From Candidatus Latescibacterota bacterium (GTDB taxonomy: Bacteria; Latescibacterota; UBA2968; GCA-2709665): a DNA stretch of 64,000 nucleotides. The stretch covers positions 5,120,001-5,184,000 of the forward strand of contig OZ244937.1 in the NCBI GenBank assembly GCA_965222075.1. Direction: 5' to 3'. The notes under the pieces were generated by a model. That model was not told the origin of the DNA, did not search any database, and saw nothing but the letters and a program-made list of their open reading frames with translations. Every line of letters starts with the position of its first letter. Position 1 is the stretch's first letter. The translations under genes and the position numbers were made by a program. Positions 9,779-19,137 of the stretch are shown here, one piece after another.

Positions 9779-10843
9779 ATGAAAAAGCACACTTTTCGCG
9801 GCAGTCCCGCCGAGGTGGGCGGGGCCCAGGGCTCGATGAGCCCGGAAGCAGCCCGGGACTATCTGAAGTTCTGGCAGGCCCGTCCGCACGATTTTGAGAA
9901 TCCGTACTTCCGGAAGAACCTGGCCTTTATGCGGCGGGAGTTTCCGGATCTGATCGAGCAGATCGAGGCGTTTGGCGAGGCGGCCGGAATGGATAGTTTC
10001 GAGCATGCGTACTACAGCCATGTGCTGTGGGCGGGACCCATGGAGGAGGCCTGTTCGACCCTGGGAATCCTGCTGGAAGAGGACGGACCGGCTATGTTGT
10101 CGACCAACGATGGGGGTACGGATACGGTGCCGGGGACGGTTTCCAATACCGTTGTCTCGATATTTCCTGACACAAAACCGCACGGCATGATGGGGTTGGG
10201 CACTCAACGACAGGTCACCCTGGGGATGGCCGTAAACGATTCGGGACTGGCCGTCGGGGCCAATTCGGGGCATCGGAAGTTCAATTACGTATCCAATCCC
10301 GAATGCGTGAACCTCTATTTCGTCGTCCACCTGCTGGCGCAGCACTGCGGCGATTGTGACGATGTCCGCCATTTTGTGGAACAGTATCGCATTTCGGGGC
10401 AGAAGGGGATGAATCTGGTCACGGTTGACGCCGCGGGAAACATCCTGGGCCTGGAGCTGGAGTCGGAGAATGTCGCCATTTCAGAGGCGCAGGACGGGAT
10501 GCTTCTGGAGGTCAATCACTGGCAGCATCCCAAACTCCGGAATCCATCCCGGGCTGCGAATCCCGATTTCTGGGACGGGTCCTACTACTATAATTCCCAG
10601 GCGCGGGTCATGTATTTTGCGCACTACCGAAATGTGTTCGCACGAATGAAGACCATGCAGGACCTGGTTGATTTTTCGTTCGACGTCCACGCGCCGGGGC
10701 GTATCCTGCAGATGCTGGATCTGAACGTGGGGAATCTGATCTCGTGCCAGGTGATGTTCGCGACCGTGAGGGACCGAAGCATGAGGCTGTACCTGCATCC
10801 GATAGAGAAAGATGATTACGAGGAGTTCCGGTATCCACAGTGA
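9779..10843 (+). CDS. C45 family Ntn-hydrolase, paralogue 2
   Basis: EACSTLG, VNDSGL, EVNHW; aligns end to end with 2515-3582; RBS AAGGAGG. Confidence 0.7.
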   Translation: MKKHTFRGSPAEVGGAQGSMSPEAARDYLKFWQARPHDFENPYFRKNLAFMRREFPDLIEQIEAFGEAAGMDSFEHAYYSHVLWAGPMEEACSTLGILLEEDGPAMLSTNDGGTDTVPGTVSNTVVSIFPDTKPHGMMGLGTQRQVTLGMAVNDSGLAVGANSGHRKFNYVSNPECVNLYFVVHLLAQHCGDCDDVRHFVEQYRISGQKGMNLVTVDAAGNILGLELESENVAISEAQDGMLLEVNHWQHPKLRNPSRAANPDFWDGSYYYNSQARVMYFAHYRNVFARMKTMQDLVDFSFDVHAPGRILQMLDLNVGNLISCQVMFATVRDRSMRLYLHPIEKDDYEEFRYPQ

Positions 10844-10911
10844 TGTTCCGGTTGATACGAGATGACGAAACATCCGGCCCAGTTGCTGCGGACCGATCCG
10901 TGCCTGGGCTT

Positions 10912-11319
10912 TCAGACAAACGGATCAACGAGTTCTACACCGCTGGCTTCGAAATCGCGACGGTTTCGGGTTGCCAGCGGTAATCCGTGAGTCAGGGCGG
11001 TGGCGGCGATGAGGCTGTCCTTGGTCGGCATCGGTTTTCCGAGAGAACGGAGACGCGCCAGCAGTTCGGCCCAGCGCAATCCCGTCTCGACATCCCACGG
11101 AATACAGTGAATGCGACGGGCGACCTCGTCGAACCAGCGTTCGAGCGCGCGACGCCGGTGCCCGGGTGGCAGCAGAAGGATCCCGAAGCGGATTTCTCCC
11201 AGGATCACGGGATCGATGGCCAGGTCGCGTTCGGTACGCGCCAGCCACTCGATCACCCTCGGATCCGGGCTCGGCTGGGTCGCCTCGCACAGGACGTTGG
11301 CATCCACGAGACACATCAT
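10912..11319 (-). CDS. vapC: VapC PIN-domain toxin
   Basis: LVDANVL, GEIRFG, DSLIAATALTHGLPLATRNRRDF. Confidence 0.9.
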   Translation of the reverse strand: MMCLVDANVLCEATQPSPDPRVIEWLARTERDLAIDPVILGEIRFGILLLPPGHRRRALERWFDEVARRIHCIPWDVETGLRWAELLARLRSLGKPMPTKDSLIAATALTHGLPLATRNRRDFEASGVELVDPFV

Positions 11320-11558
11320 GGTGGCCATCCGAGGGAGTCGGTAGACTCCGATTTGATCGGCACGAACCAGCCCTTCACAGGACACGCGAGGAGCGTATCC
11401 ACCAGCCCCTGGTTCTTCGGGGGGTCGGCAACGACCAGGCGATATTCGCCTCTGTCCACCCGTTCTATATCAAACGATTGGCCAGGTTCAATTTTGTCCT
11501 GATGGCGAAACGCGGCCGGGATGACAATCTGACCCTTGGATGAGAGGACTGTTTTCAT
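11316..11558 (-). CDS. AbrB/MazE/SpoVT-family antitoxin
   Basis: MKTVLSSKGQIVIPAAFR; overlaps the vapC start. Confidence 0.88.
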   Translation of the reverse strand: MKTVLSSKGQIVIPAAFRHQDKIEPGQSFDIERVDRGEYRLVVADPPKNQGLVDTLLACPVKGWFVPIKSESTDSLGWPP

Positions 11559-11561
11559 GGG

Positions 11562-11595
11562 GAAGTAAGATAACGTCTTACTTCGGGATTGTCAA
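11562..11595 (-). promoter_or_regulatory. Promoter and palindromic operator of the AbrB-vapC operon (probably leaderless)
   Basis: TTGACA (11590-11595) - 17 bp - TATCTT (11567-11572); perfect inverted repeat GAAGTAAGA-taacg-TCTTACTTC; ATG lies 8 bp below the -10 box. Confidence 0.75.
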
Positions 11596-11834
11596 TACCC
11601 GATTTGCATGGTCGGCCCCGGGGGCCTGATGCGCCACGGCAGGCAACCGTCGCGAGCGTGGCGCGCCAGGCGTTCGAGCGTCTTGATGCCGACGGCGTGA
11701 TTGACCTGCAACGGGACGGCAGGGCGACGGACGGCCACTATCGGATCGAACTTGCCTCTCTGCCACACCGTGCAAAGGCCGGAGATTACATCGTGATGGC
11801 GCTGAGAGCCTTCATGGAGGAGGAGATGAAATGA
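11589..11834 (+). CDS. Small hypothetical protein or gene remnant coupled to hsdM
   Basis: Stop overlaps the hsdM ATG (ATGA); no motif recognised. Confidence 0.3.
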   Translation: MSIPDLHGRPRGPDAPRQATVASVARQAFERLDADGVIDLQRDGRATDGHYRIELASLPHRAKAGDYIVMALRAFMEEEMK

Positions 11835-14023
11835 GTCCTGACGCAACCGGGTCCAGGGGCAGCAATCCGGACCGGGTCCCGCCGGCAAGTGGCCGTGGAG
11901 CGGGTGTGAGCAGCCTGAACATCAGCAACTTCATCTGGAGTATCGCCGATGACGTGCTGCGGGACGTCTATGTGCGGGGCAAGTACCGGGATGTTATCCT
12001 GCCGATGACGGTTATCCGTCGCCTGGATGCGGTTCTGGAGCCAACGAAAGACGCGGTCCTCCAGATGAAGACCCAGTTGGACGGGGCGGGCGTGACCAAC
12101 CAGGATGCGGCGCTGCGCCAGGCATCCGGCGAGGCCTTCTACAACGCCTCGCCTTTCCGGCTGCGCGATCTGACCTCCCGTGCCAGGCAACAACAGTTGA
12201 GGGCCGACTTCGAGGCGTATCTCGACGGTTTCTCACCCAACGTTCAGGAGGTGCTGGAGAAGTTCAAGTTTCGCAATCAGATTCCGACGCTGGTCGATGC
12301 GGATGTGCTCGGGTTCCTGCTGGAGAAGTTCCTGGACCGCTCGGTCAACCTCAGCCCCAAACCCGTGTTGAATGCAGACGGGTCCGTGCGTGTGGAGGGT
12401 CTGGACAACCATGGGATGGGTACGGTCTTCGAAGAGCTGATTCGGCGTTTCAACGAGGAAAACAACGAGGAGGCCGGCGAGCATTTCACGCCGCGCGACG
12501 TCGTGCAGCTGATGGCGCGGCTGATTTTCATGCCGGTTGCCGATGAGGTCCGGTCGGGCACCTACCTGGTGTACGACGGCGCTTGTGGCACCGGCGGGAT
12601 GCTGACGGTGGCCGAAGAGACGCTGACCCAACTCGCCACCGAACACGGCAAGGAGGTCGCGGTCCACCTGTACGGCCAGGAGGTCAACCCTGAGACCTAC
12701 GCCATCAGCAAGGCCGACCTTATCCTCAAGGGCGAGGGCGTGGAAGCCGACAATATTCAGTACGGCTCGACCCTCTCCGCCGATGCCTTCCCGTCCCGCG
12801 AGTTCGATTTCATGCTCTCCAATCCGCCTTATGGCAAGAGCTGGAAGAGCGACCTGGAACGCATGGGCGGTAAGAGAGAGATGCGCGACCCGCGCTTTCT
12901 GATCGAGCACGATGGCGAGCCAGAGTACTCGCTGGTCACCCGTTCCAGCGACGGCCAGATGCTGTTTCTGGCCAATATGTTGAGCAAGATGAAGCAGGAT
13001 ACGCCGCTGGGCAGCCGCATCGCGGAGGTCCACAACGGCAGTTCGCTGTTCACGGGCGACGCCGGGCAGGGCGAGAGCAATATCCGGCGCTGGATTATCG
13101 AGAGCGACTATCTGGAGGCGATTGTGGCGCTGCCGCTCAATATGTTCTACAATACCGGCATTGCGACTTATATCTGGGTGTTGACGAATCGCAAACCGGC
13201 GCATCGCCGGGGCAAGGTGCAGCTCATCGACGCCACGCAGTGGTCCAGGCCGCTGCGCAAGAATCTCGGCAATAAGAACTGCGAGCTGTCGGACGAGGAT
13301 GTCCGGCGTATCTGCGATACTTTCCTCGCGTTTGAGGAGAGCGAGCAGTCGAAGATTTTCCCCAACGAGGCGTTCGGGTATTGGAAGGTCACGGTCGAGC
13401 GACCGTTGCGGCTCACCGTCGATTTGTCACCGGACCGTCGCGAGGGATTCCGAGCCGCCTGTTGTGAGGCAAAGGAAGAGCCGCTTGCGGACGCTATTGA
13501 TCGGGTGGCGACAGTGCTGGGCGCCGGGCCTCACCGCGACTTCAACCGATTCATGGAAGCCGTTGTGGCGAATGCCTCCGCGCATGGCGTCAAGTTGACG
13601 GCCAGGCGGAAGAACCTGCTGCAGATGGCGCTGGCATCCCGCGACGAGGCCGCTGAGCCAGTCATCAAGAAGAGCCACCGGCCGGACGCGGTGGAACCGG
13701 ACCCGATCCGCGGTCTGGCCGAAGCTACTGTGGATGGCGAGCGCCGCGTCATCGAATACGAGCCTGACGGTGAGTTGCGCGATACCGAGCAGGTGCCGCT
13801 GCTCGACGAGGGCGGTATCGAGGGTTTTCTGCGCCGCGAGGTGCTGCCCTATGCCGCCGATGCGTGGTACGACCCGGGCAGCGTCAGGGTGGGGTACGAG
13901 GTCAGTTTCACGCGCTATTTTTACAAGCCGCAGCCGCTGCGCTCGCTGGCGGAGATCCGGGCCGATATTCTGGCGGTGGAGCAGGAGACGGAGGGGTTGC
14001 TGGGGGAGATTATCGGCGGGTAG
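11831..14023 (+). CDS. hsdM: Type I R-M methyltransferase subunit M
   Basis: NFIWSIADDVLRD, EAGEHFTPRDVV, YDGACGTGGML, NPPY, GYEVSFTRYFY. Confidence 0.96.
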   Translation: MSPDATGSRGSNPDRVPPASGRGAGVSSLNISNFIWSIADDVLRDVYVRGKYRDVILPMTVIRRLDAVLEPTKDAVLQMKTQLDGAGVTNQDAALRQASGEAFYNASPFRLRDLTSRARQQQLRADFEAYLDGFSPNVQEVLEKFKFRNQIPTLVDADVLGFLLEKFLDRSVNLSPKPVLNADGSVRVEGLDNHGMGTVFEELIRRFNEENNEEAGEHFTPRDVVQLMARLIFMPVADEVRSGTYLVYDGACGTGGMLTVAEETLTQLATEHGKEVAVHLYGQEVNPETYAISKADLILKGEGVEADNIQYGSTLSADAFPSREFDFMLSNPPYGKSWKSDLERMGGKREMRDPRFLIEHDGEPEYSLVTRSSDGQMLFLANMLSKMKQDTPLGSRIAEVHNGSSLFTGDAGQGESNIRRWIIESDYLEAIVALPLNMFYNTGIATYIWVLTNRKPAHRRGKVQLIDATQWSRPLRKNLGNKNCELSDEDVRRICDTFLAFEESEQSKIFPNEAFGYWKVTVERPLRLTVDLSPDRREGFRAACCEAKEEPLADAIDRVATVLGAGPHRDFNRFMEAVVANASAHGVKLTARRKNLLQMALASRDEAAEPVIKKSHRPDAVEPDPIRGLAEATVDGERRVIEYEPDGELRDTEQVPLLDEGGIEGFLRREVLPYAADAWYDPGSVRVGYEVSFTRYFYKPQPLRSLAEIRADILAVEQETEGLLGEIIGG

Positions 14024-14165
14024 CGCTAAGGGGCGTTTTTATTGAACGCAGCCCCTTTACAAGGACAGGGTTCTTTCCCATATTAAACACAGCCTTTAAC
14101 AAGGCCGCAGTCATGTGCTATGGTGAACACAGGCTTTACTATGAGCCCGATAACCGCACATACGA

Positions 14166-14335
14166 AGGTGTTGCCCTGCGCACCGGACGCCTGGTATGAC
14201 CCGGGCAGCGTCAGGGTGGGGTACGAGGTCAGTTTCACGCGCTATTTTTACAAGCCGCAGCCGCTGCGCTCGCTGGCGGAGATCCGGGCCGATATTCTGG
14301 CGCTGGAGCAGAAAACGGAAGGGTCGCTGGATGAG
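14166..14335 (+). repeat. Copy 1 of the hsdM 3' end
   Basis: 14198-14302 is identical to 13871-13975 (105 bp); encodes VLP..DAWYDPGSVRVGYEVSFTRYFYKPQPLRSLAEIRADILALEQ. Confidence 0.92.
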
Positions 14336-14422
14336 TCTTAACATCAACACCGAGAGGTGTGAGAGCTTCCAGTTGAGGACGATCTGAAAGAGTGCTTCGA
14401 TGGTTGTGATAGAGAGGAGAAA

Positions 14423-14650
14423 ATGATGATGTCTACCATGTCCGAGATCATTTTTGAGGTCACTGAGGACGAAGTCGACGGCGGGTACTCAGCAAATGCG
14501 CTGGGGTATGGTATCCACACAGAAGGTGAGACGCTCGAAGAGCTTCGCCGGAATGTGAAAGAAGCCGTCGAGTGCTACTTTGATGAGACAATGATTCGAC
14601 CCGGGTTGATTCGTCTTCACTTCGTCCGCGATGAAGTCCTTGCGCTATGA
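14423..14650 (+). CDS. hicB: HicB-like antitoxin
   Basis: GGYSANALGYGIHTEGETLEELRRNVKEAVECYF; coupled to hicA. Confidence 0.8.
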   Translation: MMMSTMSEIIFEVTEDEVDGGYSANALGYGIHTEGETLEELRRNVKEAVECYFDETMIRPGLIRLHFVRDEVLAL

Positions 14651-14889
14651 AACTGCCGCGTAATTTGAGTGGGGCTGATTTACAGAAATCGCTTCGGCGT
14701 TTTGGTTATGAGCCCACCAGACAGCGCGGTTCGCACGTACGGATAACCACACAGATCAACGGTGAACATCATGAAGTTATCCCTCAGCATAATCCCATCA
14801 GGACAAAAACACTGTCGAGCATTTTGAAAAGCATCGCGTCGCATCATGGCTTGAGTGTCGAAGCACTGCTCAATGAACTTGGTTTGTAG
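14647..14889 (+). CDS. hicA: HicA-family toxin
   Basis: MKLPRNLSG..GYEPTRQRGSHVR..IPQH. Confidence 0.85.
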   Translation: MKLPRNLSGADLQKSLRRFGYEPTRQRGSHVRITTQINGEHHEVIPQHNPIRTKTLSSILKSIASHHGLSVEALLNELGL

Positions 14890-14937
14890 ATCCCGTTCGA
14901 GCTACTCTGCTCCGTGCTTGTGCTGCACAAGGTCAAC

Positions 14938-15217
14938 CGCCAACCTCCCCCTCTACCTCGCCTACGGGCCCTCCGGCGTCGAGTGGCTGGGCGAAGGCCG
15001 CATTGAGGGTTTCCTGCGCCGCGAGGTGCTGCCCTATGCCGCCGATGCCTGGTACGACCCGGGTAGCGTCAGGACCGGGTACGAGATCAGCTTCACGCGG
15101 TACTTTTACAAACCGCAGCCGCTGCGCTCGCTGGCGGAGATCCAGGCCGATATTCTGGCGCTGGAGCGGGAGACCGAGAGGCTGTTGGGGGAGATTGTCG
15201 GGGACGGCGGGTTGTGA
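14938..15217 (+). repeat. Chimeric scar: hsdS 5' fragment fused to copy 2 of the hsdM 3' end
   Basis: ANLPLYLAYGPSGVEWLG (compare HsdS PNLKPYSSYKPSGIPWLG) joined to EGRIEGFLRREVLPYAADAWYDPG...ETERLLGEIVG (compare the HsdM C-terminus). Confidence 0.85.
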
Positions 15218-15292
15218 ACGCATGGCTGTTTGCGATGTGCGCCATGCCATTTGCTTCGTTATTATTCTTGCGCTTATCCCTACATTATTGTA

Positions 15293-15313
15293 ATTTAACT
15301 CTGAAAGTTAAAT
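15293..15313. promoter_or_regulatory. AT-rich inverted repeat upstream of fic (putative operator)
   Basis: ATTTAACT-ctgaa-AGTTAAAT. Confidence 0.45.
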
Positions 15314-15358
15314 AGTAAATTTTGTTATTGCACAATCGTGAATAAGGATCCGTCCGTC

Positions 15359-16519
15359 ATGCGGCGCGGAGAAATCGGTAGCTACGAGGTTACGAGCATC
15401 GGCGGTGAACGCGTTCGCGCCTTTGTGCCAGCACCGTTGCCGCCGCAACCCGCCCTGATTCTGGACGGCTCGCTGCAACAGGTGCTGGAATCGGCGGTGC
15501 TTGCCCTGGGCCGCCTTGACGGCGTCTCGACGCTTCTGCCGGACGAGGCGCTTTTTCTGTATGCCTACGTGCGCAAGGAAGCGGTGCTTTCCTCCCAGAT
15601 CGAGGGGACGCAGTCTTCGTTGTCTGATCTCTTGCTCTTTGAACTTAAGGAAGCGCCCGGGGCTCCGCTTGACGACGTGCGCCAGGTTTCGAACTATGTG
15701 GACGCGCTCAACCACGGTTTGCGTCGCCTGCGGGAGGGTTTCCCGCTGTCGAATCGCCTGATCCGCGAGATACACGGCGTGCTGTTGTCGGGCGGCCGGG
15801 ACAGTGTCAAGACGCCCGGTGAATTTCGGCGCTCGCAGAACTGGATTGGAGGAACCCGGCCCGGCAATGCCGTTTTTGTACCGCCGCCGCACACTGCTGT
15901 GCCCGAATGCATGGCGGCGTTTGAGCGATTTCTCCACGCCGAGGATATGCCCGTGCTGCTGCGGGCGGGGCTCGCGCACGTGCAGTTCGAGACGATTCAC
16001 CCCTTCCTTGACGGCAATGGGCGCGTGGGTCGGTTGCTCATTACGCTGCTGCTGTGCGACGCCGACGTGCTGCGCCAGCCGCTCCTGTATCTGAGCCTGT
16101 ACTTCAAGCAACACAGGAACACCTACTACGATTTGCTGAATCATGTGCGTTGTACCGGCGAGTGGGAAGCGTGGCTCGCCTTCTTTCTGGAAGGGGTGAG
16201 ACTGACAGCCGAGGGCGCGGTTTTGACCGCCCGGCGCCTCTCCCGGATGTTTGAGGATGACCGGAACCGGGTCGAGGCGGCCGCGGGCCGCAGGACCGGG
16301 TCGGTGCTGCGCGTACACGAGGCCCTCAAGTCGCAGCCGATTCTATCGCTGCCCGCGGCGTGCCGTGGTACCAAACTGTCCTTTCAGGCAGCCGCGTCGG
16401 CCATGGAACTGCTCGTCACGCAGGGGATTGCGCGGGAGATCACCGGGAAGCGGCGTAACCGGCTGTTCGTTTATGACCGGTATCTTTCCGTTCTGAACGA
16501 GGGAGCCGAGGCGCCGTGA
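15359..16519 (+). CDS. Fic family protein (Fic_N + Fic + C-terminal HTH)
   Basis: EAVLSSQIEGTQ, PGEFRRSQNWIGG, canonical HPFLDGNGRVGR. Confidence 0.93.
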   Translation: MRRGEIGSYEVTSIGGERVRAFVPAPLPPQPALILDGSLQQVLESAVLALGRLDGVSTLLPDEALFLYAYVRKEAVLSSQIEGTQSSLSDLLLFELKEAPGAPLDDVRQVSNYVDALNHGLRRLREGFPLSNRLIREIHGVLLSGGRDSVKTPGEFRRSQNWIGGTRPGNAVFVPPPHTAVPECMAAFERFLHAEDMPVLLRAGLAHVQFETIHPFLDGNGRVGRLLITLLLCDADVLRQPLLYLSLYFKQHRNTYYDLLNHVRCTGEWEAWLAFFLEGVRLTAEGAVLTARRLSRMFEDDRNRVEAAAGRRTGSVLRVHEALKSQPILSLPAACRGTKLSFQAAASAMELLVTQGIAREITGKRRNRLFVYDRYLSVLNEGAEAP

Positions 16520-16566
16520 TGTCGGGCCGCTTTGCGTGGCTGTCGCCCCTGGCGTCAAGCGATTTT

Positions 16567-16585
16567 CGAGGGCGAGACGCCCTCG
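16567..16585. repeat. REP-like hairpin
   Basis: CGAGGGCG-aga-CGCCCTCG. Confidence 0.5.
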
Positions 16586-16643
16586 TTCTCAGGTTCTTTG
16601 ATCCGCAAACCCGGAATTTTGAGACAGCTTCTGAGGAATTTAG

Positions 16644-16967
16644 ATGGCAATGAAAAACTTAGATCAACATATTGAGATTACCCCTGGTATATCAGGTGGA
16701 AAGCCCCGTATTGCCGGACATCGAATTACAGTGGAAAACATCGTCATCTGGCATGAGCACATGGGCAAGAGTGCGGATGAAATAGCCACTGAATACGATT
16801 TGACACTGGCGGATGTGTATGCGGCATTGGCCTACTATTTCGATCACCGCGCTGAGATCAACCAATCGCTGGAAGAGCGTAAAGTATTTGTAAAAACTCT
16901 ACGCCAGCAGACTTTTTCAAAGCTTTCTGCAAAGCTTCAAGAAAAGACGCAACGTGGCGAAGATTAA
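16644..16967 (+). CDS. DUF433 antitoxin
   Basis: IEITPGISGGKPRIAGHRITV, LTLADVYAALAYY. Confidence 0.9.
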   Translation: MAMKNLDQHIEITPGISGGKPRIAGHRITVENIVIWHEHMGKSADEIATEYDLTLADVYAALAYYFDHRAEINQSLEERKVFVKTLRQQTFSKLSAKLQEKTQRGED

Positions 16968-17283
16968 GTTCTACACGGATGAGCATGTCTCAAAAGCCGT
17001 GGTGATGGGCCTCCGCCGAAGGGGCGTGGATGTATTGACTGTTCCAGAAACGGGGACACTGGGAGTATCTGACGAAGCACATTTGAGAAGGGCGCGGGAA
17101 GAGGGACGCGTCATCTTTACTCAGGATGATGATTTTCTGCGCTTGGCCGCAGCAGGTGCAGACCATGCAGGGATTGTTTATACAACGCAAGAAACTACGA
17201 CCGGCGAGATCATTTCTGGTTTGATGTTGATCCATTGGGTATTGGAAGCGGACGAGATGATGGGGCATGTAGAGTATCTTTGA
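16954..17283 (+). CDS. DUF5615 PIN-like toxin
   Basis: FYTDEHV, LRRRGVDV, SDEAHL, IFTQDDDF, HAGIVY. Confidence 0.85.
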   Translation: MAKIKFYTDEHVSKAVVMGLRRRGVDVLTVPETGTLGVSDEAHLRRAREEGRVIFTQDDDFLRLAAAGADHAGIVYTTQETTTGEIISGLMLIHWVLEADEMMGHVEYL

Positions 17284-17334
17284 GACCTGAGAGTTGAATT
17301 CAGCGGCGAAGCGGTCCGCAACGTCGCTCGAACA

Positions 17335-17718
17335 TTGATCTGGGGGATGCGACCTCTGGGACAATCGGAAATGCTAAACCGGAACTTGAAAGCGGCCGAA
17401 GCTCTTCGCCCGGGCCAGGAAATGGACCCTGATGGCATCGCGGTGCCTGAGCTGGAGAAGGGCGAGGCATACTTCCACAAGGAAAGAGAAGCATTGCGCG
17501 ATGTCCGGGACGCCTTGCAGCGGACAGGTGGCGCAGAAGCACACGGAGTTGAGGTCTTCGAGGAATTGGACCGCCTGGACAAGCTGTTTAAGTATCTCAT
17601 TGGGTCGTTCCAAGAGCTTCGATGGACCATAATGATCAACGACGGGTCGCTCACTCCGAGCACAGGAGGAACATGCGCCAGCGGAGCAGAGTTTATGGCG
17701 TCTATGGAAAATCTATAG
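17335..17718 (+). CDS. Hypothetical helical protein (possible antitoxin or fragment)
   Basis: ORF inside a TA cluster; followed by a short MRITGFVTPSRRFAR stretch that may be a truncated toxin start. Confidence 0.35.
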   Translation: MIWGMRPLGQSEMLNRNLKAAEALRPGQEMDPDGIAVPELEKGEAYFHKEREALRDVRDALQRTGGAEAHGVEVFEELDRLDKLFKYLIGSFQELRWTIMINDGSLTPSTGGTCASGAEFMASMENL

Positions 17719-17848
17719 GACATGTGCCCGAGACAGATGCGAATTACCGGGTTCGTAACGCCGAGCCGCAGGTTCGCCAGAATGGTCAAGCGTGCGGATG
17801 GCTTTCTGCAAAAGCCTCAAGACACAAAGTCTTCAGCAGGAGAATACG

Positions 17849-18128
17849 ATGATGCGACCCATCGCGGTGGAAGCGCGAGACGGCTACCGCATCTGGCTGC
17901 GCTATTCGGATGGTGCCGCCGGTGAGGTAGATCTGTCGCATCTGGCCGGGCGCGGCGTATTCGCGGCCTGGGGCGACCGTACTTTCTTCGAGGCCGTGCG
18001 ACTTGAGGATCATGGTACCATAGCTTGGGGTGAGGGAGCTTTGCCCCGATGCCCTTTATATGCAGCTTGTCGGCAAGTCTGTTGCGGAAGTGATGCCGGG
18101 TGTCCAGATTCCGGTTGAAAATGCCTGA
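17849..18128 (+). pseudogene. DUF2442 protein, frameshifted near 18035
   Basis: AVEARDGYRIWLRYSDG..GEVDLS..TIAWGE, then in another frame ELCPDALYMQLVGK...ENA*. Confidence 0.75.
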
Positions 18129-18240
18129 AATCTGTCGGTTTTACGGGATTGTCATTCGAATGTATTTCAACGACCACGCGCCGGCACATTTCCACACACA
18201 ACGCCTGGAATCGCCCGGCAAGATCGCCCCACTGGAAAGT
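18121..18240 (+). pseudogene. DUF4160 remnant with internal deletion
   Basis: MPEICRFYGIVIRMYFNDHAPAHFH joined directly to ..PGKIAPLE. Confidence 0.7.
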
Positions 18241-18257
18241 CGAATAGAGGAATTTAG

Positions 18258-18563
18258 ATGGCAATGAAAAACTTAGATCAACATATTGAGATTACCCCTG
18301 GTGTATCAGGTGGAAAGCCTCGTATTGCCGGACATCGAATTACAGTGGAAAACATCGTCATCTGGCATGAGCACATGGGCAAGAGTGCGGATGAAATAGC
18401 CACTGAATACGATTTGACACTGGCGGATGTGTATGCGGCATTGGCCTACTATTTCGATCACCGCGCTGAGATCAACCGATCGCTGGAAGAGCGTAAAGTA
18501 TTTGTAAAAACCCTACGCCAGCAGACCTTTTCAAAGGCGACTTGGAAAAATCTGGATCGATAA
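18258..18563 (+). CDS. DUF433 antitoxin, near-identical duplicate lacking its PIN partner
   Basis: 18247-18536 is a direct repeat of 16633-16922 (290 bp, few mismatches). Confidence 0.85.
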   Translation: MAMKNLDQHIEITPGVSGGKPRIAGHRITVENIVIWHEHMGKSADEIATEYDLTLADVYAALAYYFDHRAEINRSLEERKVFVKTLRQQTFSKATWKNLDR

Positions 18564-18622
18564 TCATGGTGTTGGGTAGGGAGACGGAGAGGCTGTTAAA
18601 TCAAATCATAACAGGAGTCTAA
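18560..18622 (+). repeat. Degenerate hsdM 3'-end scar
   Basis: IIMVLGRETERLLNQIITGV* versus DILALERETERLLGEIVG. Confidence 0.55.
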
Positions 18623-18623
18623 G

Positions 18624-19106
18624 ATGAAACTGAAAAAATTGTTCAAGAATTTCAACTTGGAAAAAATAAAATTTGGTCCAAGTGTAGCAGCAGCGGAGAT
18701 AGCCTTCAAGCCGGCTGACAAAAATGCCGCTTGGGAGTTGTATATCGAGATGTTGACCCGGATCGTCACTCAACCCCTGCCTTCTGCAGCGGGGGACGAA
18801 AAGACGGCTCTGGACAGCATTTATGCACTTTTCGGAATTACCCGCGAGATTCTGCGTCGACATGGGCGTGGTACAATACAGTTCAGCAAGGTTGCGATAC
18901 CAGTGCTGAACCAAGTGGTGCGGCCTTTTACCGCAAAGTGGCACAAGGAGAGTATAGCAGGAGCTTTTGATTGCGAAAGCAAACGAAAGGAATTTCGTGG
19001 AGAACTGGAAATCCTGCAAAGTGAATTGCGAAACTATAATTCCATGTTGGCGAGTATTGCCAGCGTGGAAGATTTGACTAATTTAGAACGAACAGCACCC
19101 GAGTAA
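18624..19106 (+). CDS. Hypothetical helical protein, first gene of the TIR operon
   Basis: AAWELYIEMLTRI..GDEKTALDSIYALF..RPFTAKWH; RBS AGGAG; lower GC. Confidence 0.75.
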   Translation: MKLKKLFKNFNLEKIKFGPSVAAAEIAFKPADKNAAWELYIEMLTRIVTQPLPSAAGDEKTALDSIYALFGITREILRRHGRGTIQFSKVAIPVLNQVVRPFTAKWHKESIAGAFDCESKRKEFRGELEILQSELRNYNSMLASIASVEDLTNLERTAPE

Positions 19107-19137
19107 GGTAAATGGGTCAGGAAAGGAGCCCAACGTC

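Noticed and set aside
14120-14341. Independent 73-aa gene
   Set aside because: It is a duplicated hsdM 3' fragment and is reported as a repeat.
13871-15217. Diversity-generating retroelement template/variable repeats
   Set aside because: There is no reverse transcriptase, and differences between copies are not adenine-specific.
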